From NCBI GenBank assembly GCA_001781995.1, contig MFNH01000071.1, positions 1 to 60,736 of the forward strand: DNA of 60,736 nucleotides, written 5' to 3'. The notes beneath the pieces were generated by a model. The model was not told the DNA's origin. It ran no database searches and saw only the letters and a program-made list of their open reading frames with translations. Origin of the DNA: Candidatus Levybacteria bacterium RBG_16_35_11 (lineage in GTDB: Bacteria > Patescibacteriota > Microgenomatia > Levybacterales > UBA12049). Positions within the stretch are counted from its first letter, which is position 1; every line of letters begins with the position of its first letter. Made by a program: the position numbers and the translations under genes. Positions 56,539-60,736 of this stretch are shown piece by piece.

Positions 56539-57480
56539 ATGAAAGTAAGTGTAGTTATACCAAATTATAACGGGGAGAGTTTACTGAGAAAGAATTTGCC
56601 GAAAGTAATTGAAGCAATTGAAAAACACGATGATGAAAAAGAAATAATTATTACTGATGACTCATCTATCGATTCATCAAAAGAGATTGTTGAGGAGGTT
56701 AAAAAACAAAACAAGAATATAAAAATAACTTTTCTTAAGTCAAATGAAAATAAGGGATTTTCTTCAAACATAAACAGGGGAGTAAAAAAAGCAACCGGAG
56801 AAGTTTTAATTTTATTAAATACCGATGTTTCTCCTGACCCCCTCTTTTTAAAACCACTTTTAAAACATTTTAGAAATAAAGATGTTTTTGCAGTCGGCTG
56901 TTTGGAAAGAAGCATTGAAGCTGACGGAAACGTAGTCTTAAGAGGAAGAGGAGTAGGGATTTGGAAGAGAGGCTTTTTAGTGCATAAAAGAGGTGAGGTA
57001 AATAGGGAAGATACCTTATGGGTGAGCGGAGGAAGCGGGGCATTTAAAAAGGAGATCTGGGATAAAATAGGGGGCTTTAATTCTCTTTATGACCCTTTTT
57101 ACTGGGAAGATATAGATCTTTCCTACAGAGCAGTTAAGTCGGGGTATAAAATTTTGTTTGAACCCGACAGTTTGGTAAAACATGAACATGAGCAAGGGGC
57201 AATAAAAAGTAAATACTCAAAAGAACAGGTAAAAAAAATTGCATATAGAAACCAAGTTATATTTACCTGGCTTAATCTTACGGATAAAAAACTATTGTTT
57301 TCTCACTTTATATTTATTCCATACCACTTAATAAAAGCCATTTTAAGAGCTGATCCCCTTTTCTTATCAGGATTTTTTAAGGCTTTAATTTTACTTCCGA
57401 AAATCTTAAAATGTAGAAAACAAAATAAGCAAATTTTCCTAAAAAGCGATATTGCGGTAATTGCAGACCTAACTGAATGA
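56539..57480 (+). CDS. GT2 glycosyltransferase
   Basis: [19 protein letters not shown] and LNTDV. Confidence 0.85.
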   Translation: MKVSVVIPNYNGESLLRKNLPKVIEAIEKHDDEKEIIITDDSSIDSSKEIVEEVKKQNKNIKITFLKSNENKGFSSNINRGVKKATGEVLILLNTDVSPDPLFLKPLLKHFRNKDVFAVGCLERSIEADGNVVLRGRGVGIWKRGFLVHKRGEVNREDTLWVSGGSGAFKKEIWDKIGGFNSLYDPFYWEDIDLSYRAVKSGYKILFEPDSLVKHEHEQGAIKSKYSKEQVKKIAYRNQVIFTWLNLTDKKLLFSHFIFIPYHLIKAILRADPLFLSGFFKALILLPKILKCRKQNKQIFLKSDIAVIADLTE

Positions 57481-58196
57481 AATTATCCATAATAATTCCA
57501 GTATTTAATGAAGAAAAAACAATAGCAACAGTTCTAAAAAGGATAAATAATTTAAAGTTAGAGAACGTTGTTAAAGAAATTATTGTTGTCGATGACGGGT
57601 CTGCCGATAGCACTTCTTACGAGATAAAAAATTTTTTAGCAACCAATAGAAACAAAATCCTTTTCTTAAAACATATAAAAAATCAGGGAAAGGGTGCAGC
57701 GGTAATAACTGGAATTAAAAAGGCAACTGGGGACTACATTATAATTCAGGATGCGGATTTGGAATATGACCCAAGGTATATAGAAAGACTGTTGAAGCAA
57801 ATCAACAGGGAGGGAAATAACGTAATTTACGGAACACGGCTTAAGAGATTACCTCATTTAAAACAGGAAGAAAGAACTCTTCAGTTCCTAACTCATTATC
57901 TTGGGAACAGATTCTTAAGCTTCACAACAAGCGTTCTATACGGCCAGTGGATTACCGATATGGAGACTGGATACAAATTATTTCCAAAGAAAGCTGTTAG
58001 AAAAATGAAATTGAATGCTAGGGGGTTTGAATTTGAGCCAGAAATAACATCTAAACTATTAAAGGCTGGTTATAAAATTAAAGAAATTCCAATTACGGCG
58101 AATCCACGAGGATATAATGAAGGTAAAAAATTAAATACTGCAAAAGATGGAGCTAAAGCTTTCTGGTCCCTTTTGAAATATAGGTTTACCGATTAA
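57477..58196 (+). CDS. GT2 polyprenyl-phosphate glycosyltransferase (Dpm1/GtrB-like)
   Basis: [20 protein letters not shown] and QDADLEYDP; 239 aa. Confidence 0.85.
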   Translation: MKLSIIIPVFNEEKTIATVLKRINNLKLENVVKEIIVVDDGSADSTSYEIKNFLATNRNKILFLKHIKNQGKGAAVITGIKKATGDYIIIQDADLEYDPRYIERLLKQINREGNNVIYGTRLKRLPHLKQEERTLQFLTHYLGNRFLSFTTSVLYGQWITDMETGYKLFPKKAVRKMKLNARGFEFEPEITSKLLKAGYKIKEIPITANPRGYNEGKKLNTAKDGAKAFWSLLKYRFTD

Positions 58197-58197
58197 A

Positions 58198-59925
58198 ATG
58201 CTGAAAAAAAAGAATTTATTGCGTAAGCAACAAACTTGTTTATTCCTTCTTTTAATAATTATCTTGGGTGCATTCCTAAGATTTTACAAGTTGGGAATAG
58301 TTCCAAATGGTTTTCATGTAGATGAGGCATATTTGGGCTATAATGCTTTTTCAATTTTAAAAACCGGAAAAGAGATTACAGGAGATTTCCTACCTCTTAA
58401 TTTAAAATCCTTTCTATATAGTCCCGCAGGATATTCTTATTTTTCCATCCCTTTTATCTCTTTATTCGGGTTAAGTGAATTTTCTACAAGGTTTGCTTCA
58501 GCACTTTTTGGAACTGCAACAATACCTATGGCATTTTTACTTGTTAAAAAGATGTTCTCTCGTTTTAGCTCCAAAGACTCACTGGCTTTGATATCGTCTT
58601 TTATTTTTGCCATTACCCCCTGGCACATTAATCTTTCCAGGGTTTCAACGGAAAACATTTTAGTTGTTTTTTTTGTAACGGTTGGTGCTTTTCTTTTTTT
58701 AAAATGGCTAAATGAGAAAAGAATTTATCTGGTTTTGCTTTCAATGTTTTCTTTTTTCATTACTATTTTTATTTATCAGGCATCAAGAAGTTTTTTACCG
58801 ATTTTTATACCTTGGCTTTTTATTTATGGCCTTTTTTTAAAAAAACTAAGAGCAAAAAAATTTTTGTTACCATTAACAATATATTTTCTGTTAATAATTC
58901 TACCTGTTTTTTTAATTCTTAGATCGCCGGAATTGTCATTTAGAATGAAGACTTTATCAATTTTTCAAAACCCCTCTACTCAACTGGTCCTTGATGAACG
59001 AATAAGAGAGGACGGGGTTTTGGGAATAGGTCCTTCCCAATCCCGTTTTTACCACAATAAATTAATTAACTACTCACAAACTTTTTTTAAAAATTATTCT
59101 GAGCATTTTTCCTTTGAATTTTTATTTACGGATTCCGGTCTTCCCGATAGATACAGGGTAGCCGGGGCAGGTCTTCTCTATATTTTTGAACTTCCTCTTT
59201 TACTTTTGGGATTGTGGTTTTTATTTAGGACTGATAAAAAAATTGGTTTTTTCATAACTGGCTGGGTTCTGGTTGCTCCCATAGGTAGCGCATTGACTTT
59301 CGATGATATCCCTAATTTGCAAAGAACACTACTTGTCTTTCCGGCTATTTCAATATTATCTTCGCTCGGTCTCATTTTTGCCTTTAACTATCTAAAAAGA
59401 AGCATTAAGCGTAACTATTTTTTAAAAGCAATTTATTTTATAACGTTTCTAATTATTGGTTATAATTTTTCTTTTTATCTCCATAATTATTATTTTAATA
59501 ATCTAGTTCATAGGCCTTGGTATAGAAATGAGGGATATAAAGAATTAGTTTCAAAAATTAATTCAAATTTATCAAATTATGATAAAGCAATAATAGCCGA
59601 ATCCGGATCAAGTCCAACCATTTTTTTATTATTCTACAATCGTTACGATCCACTCAAGATTCAACGAATAATAAAAGTATTTAGTACTACAAAATATGGA
59701 AGCATTTCTTTTGATAAATACCAAATAACAGAGGAAAAATGTCCTGTAAGAGTCGAAAAGGCAGTGAGTAAAGCGACCGGCAAAAAAGAAGATCTGTTTG
59801 TCGGAGAAAAGAGCATATTGTATGTAAATGAGGGTACCTGCAAGATCCCCAAACAGGCAAGGTTAATATCAGAAGTAAATAGACCGGATGGAACTGTAGC
59901 TTTTAAGTTAGTATCTCTAAAATGA
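58198..59925 (+). CDS. ArnT/PMT-like GT-C glycosyltransferase
   Basis: First-loop motif FHVDEAYLGYNAF, then a polytopic region and a soluble C-terminal domain. Confidence 0.65.
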   Translation: MLKKKNLLRKQQTCLFLLLIIILGAFLRFYKLGIVPNGFHVDEAYLGYNAFSILKTGKEITGDFLPLNLKSFLYSPAGYSYFSIPFISLFGLSEFSTRFASALFGTATIPMAFLLVKKMFSRFSSKDSLALISSFIFAITPWHINLSRVSTENILVVFFVTVGAFLFLKWLNEKRIYLVLLSMFSFFITIFIYQASRSFLPIFIPWLFIYGLFLKKLRAKKFLLPLTIYFLLIILPVFLILRSPELSFRMKTLSIFQNPSTQLVLDERIREDGVLGIGPSQSRFYHNKLINYSQTFFKNYSEHFSFEFLFTDSGLPDRYRVAGAGLLYIFELPLLLLGLWFLFRTDKKIGFFITGWVLVAPIGSALTFDDIPNLQRTLLVFPAISILSSLGLIFAFNYLKRSIKRNYFLKAIYFITFLIIGYNFSFYLHNYYFNNLVHRPWYRNEGYKELVSKINSNLSNYDKAIIAESGSSPTIFLLFYNRYDPLKIQRIIKVFSTTKYGSISFDKYQITEEKCPVRVEKAVSKATGKKEDLFVGEKSILYVNEGTCKIPKQARLISEVNRPDGTVAFKLVSLK

Positions 59926-60515
59926 AAAGACAAAAAAGGGCAACACGAGGATACGGTTTGCTTGAAAATTTTCTGGCAAAAAAGAGAGCAGATAAAGCAG
60001 ACCTCTTAATACCCGAAGATTTAAGATCAGGGAGAATACTTGATATCGGATGCGGATCATATCCATATTTTCTTCTTAATACAAAATTTAAAGAAAAATT
60101 TGGAATAGATCCCTCAATACATAATCTCTCAGTCCAAAACGGGGTTAATTTAGAAAGAGCAAAAGCTGAAAAAAAGCTTCAATTTGGAAACGATTTTTTT
60201 GATGTGGTTACAATGCTTGCGGTTTTTGAACACATAGACAGCAAGAAAATCAATTATCTATTAAATGAAGTTAAAAGAGTTTTAAAAAAAGACGGTTTAT
60301 TTATCATCACTACACCTTCACCCTGGGCGGACTATCTCCTTCACGCAATGGGAAAAGTGGGACTCATAAGCTCACAGGAAATTAATGAACATAAACACAA
60401 CCATAAAAGAAAAAAAATAGAAAGCATGATTGAAGAAGCAGGTTTTGACCGAAAAAAAATCAAAAGCGGTTTTTTTGAATTTTATGCAAATATGTGGTTT
60501 GTCGTTAGTAAATGA
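59922..60515 (+). CDS. class I SAM-dependent methyltransferase
   Basis: ILDIGCGSY motif I and FDVVTMLAVFEHI. Confidence 0.8.
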   Translation: MKRQKRATRGYGLLENFLAKKRADKADLLIPEDLRSGRILDIGCGSYPYFLLNTKFKEKFGIDPSIHNLSVQNGVNLERAKAEKKLQFGNDFFDVVTMLAVFEHIDSKKINYLLNEVKRVLKKDGLFIITTPSPWADYLLHAMGKVGLISSQEINEHKHNHKRKKIESMIEEAGFDRKKIKSGFFEFYANMWFVVSK

Positions 60516-60736
60516 AAAAATTTAACTTATCCAATAAATTAATTCTTTATTTGATCTTAGGATTATCGTTTCTATTAAGGTTTTATAATTACCCAAACAG
60601 ATGGGGATTGGCATATGATCAGGCAAGAGACGTACTTGTCTCAACTTATGCGCTACATAACAGCCTAATCCCAGCTATCGGACCATTTTCTTCGGCTGGG
60701 CAGTTTGTTTACGGACCTCAATGGTTTTGGATAATC
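60512..60736 (+). CDS. ArnT-like GT-C membrane protein, 5' partial (runs off the window)
   Basis: ATGA overlap start. MKKFNLSNKLILYLILGLSFLLRFYN...AYDQARD resembles the N-termini of the other ArnT-like genes. Confidence 0.55.
   Translation, partial: MKKFNLSNKLILYLILGLSFLLRFYNYPNRWGLAYDQARDVLVSTYALHNSLIPAIGPFSSAGQFVYGPQWFWII

Noticed and set aside
1-60736. CRISPR arrays, rRNA genes, IS elements, integrases/transposases and prophage genes
   Set aside because: I saw no regularly spaced direct repeats, no rRNA-like sequence, and no ORF with recombinase or transposase motifs (DDE, or R-H-R-Y tyrosine recombinase) on either strand.

Overview
This is an AT-rich, gene-dense bacterial window with very few Shine-Dalgarno sites. 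By inference only, it looks like a small-genome Patescibacteria/CPR-type organism. The genetic code is standard: TGA is used as a stop at several ATGA stop/start overlaps.

- **0-14 kb:** housekeeping genes (metK, cca, recJ, a short archaeal-type aspS, a PBP5-type carboxypeptidase, gltX, dgkA) interspersed with orphan cytoplasmic proteins.
- **14-36 kb:** a mixed accessory set. It holds a GNAT, a two-gene orphan pair next to tRNA-Gln(CUG), an ABC exporter, a PurO-like protein plus a NUDIX hydrolase, an EamA transporter, a carbamoyltransferase/SGNH/methyltransferase module, an Nramp-like / MgtE_N-CBS / Nramp-like operon, lon and a DUF2079-like protein.
- **36.7-60.7 kb, after tRNA-Glu(CUC):** an almost uninterrupted plus-strand envelope-glycosylation supercluster. 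It contains 7 GT2, 1 GT4, 1 Wzx-type flippase, 1 methyltransferase and 9 GT-C-like polytopic proteins (10 counting the DUF2079-like gene at 34.4 kb), including 3 YfhO paralogs.

Most interesting observations:
1. The 3' end of cca is present three times, and the 3' end of the EamA gene twice. In each case the copies bracket small blocks of orphan genes that carry their own promoters. This is the footprint of insertion into gene 3' ends, but no recombinase is visible.
2. A -10 box sits 6-9 nt upstream of many start codons, which implies leaderless mRNAs.
3. Two Nramp-like permeases lack the canonical DPGN/MPH metal-site motifs and flank a soluble PRC/MgtE_N/CBS protein.
4. The GT-C supercluster has an unusual paralog density.

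No CRISPR array, rRNA, transposase or integrase was found.
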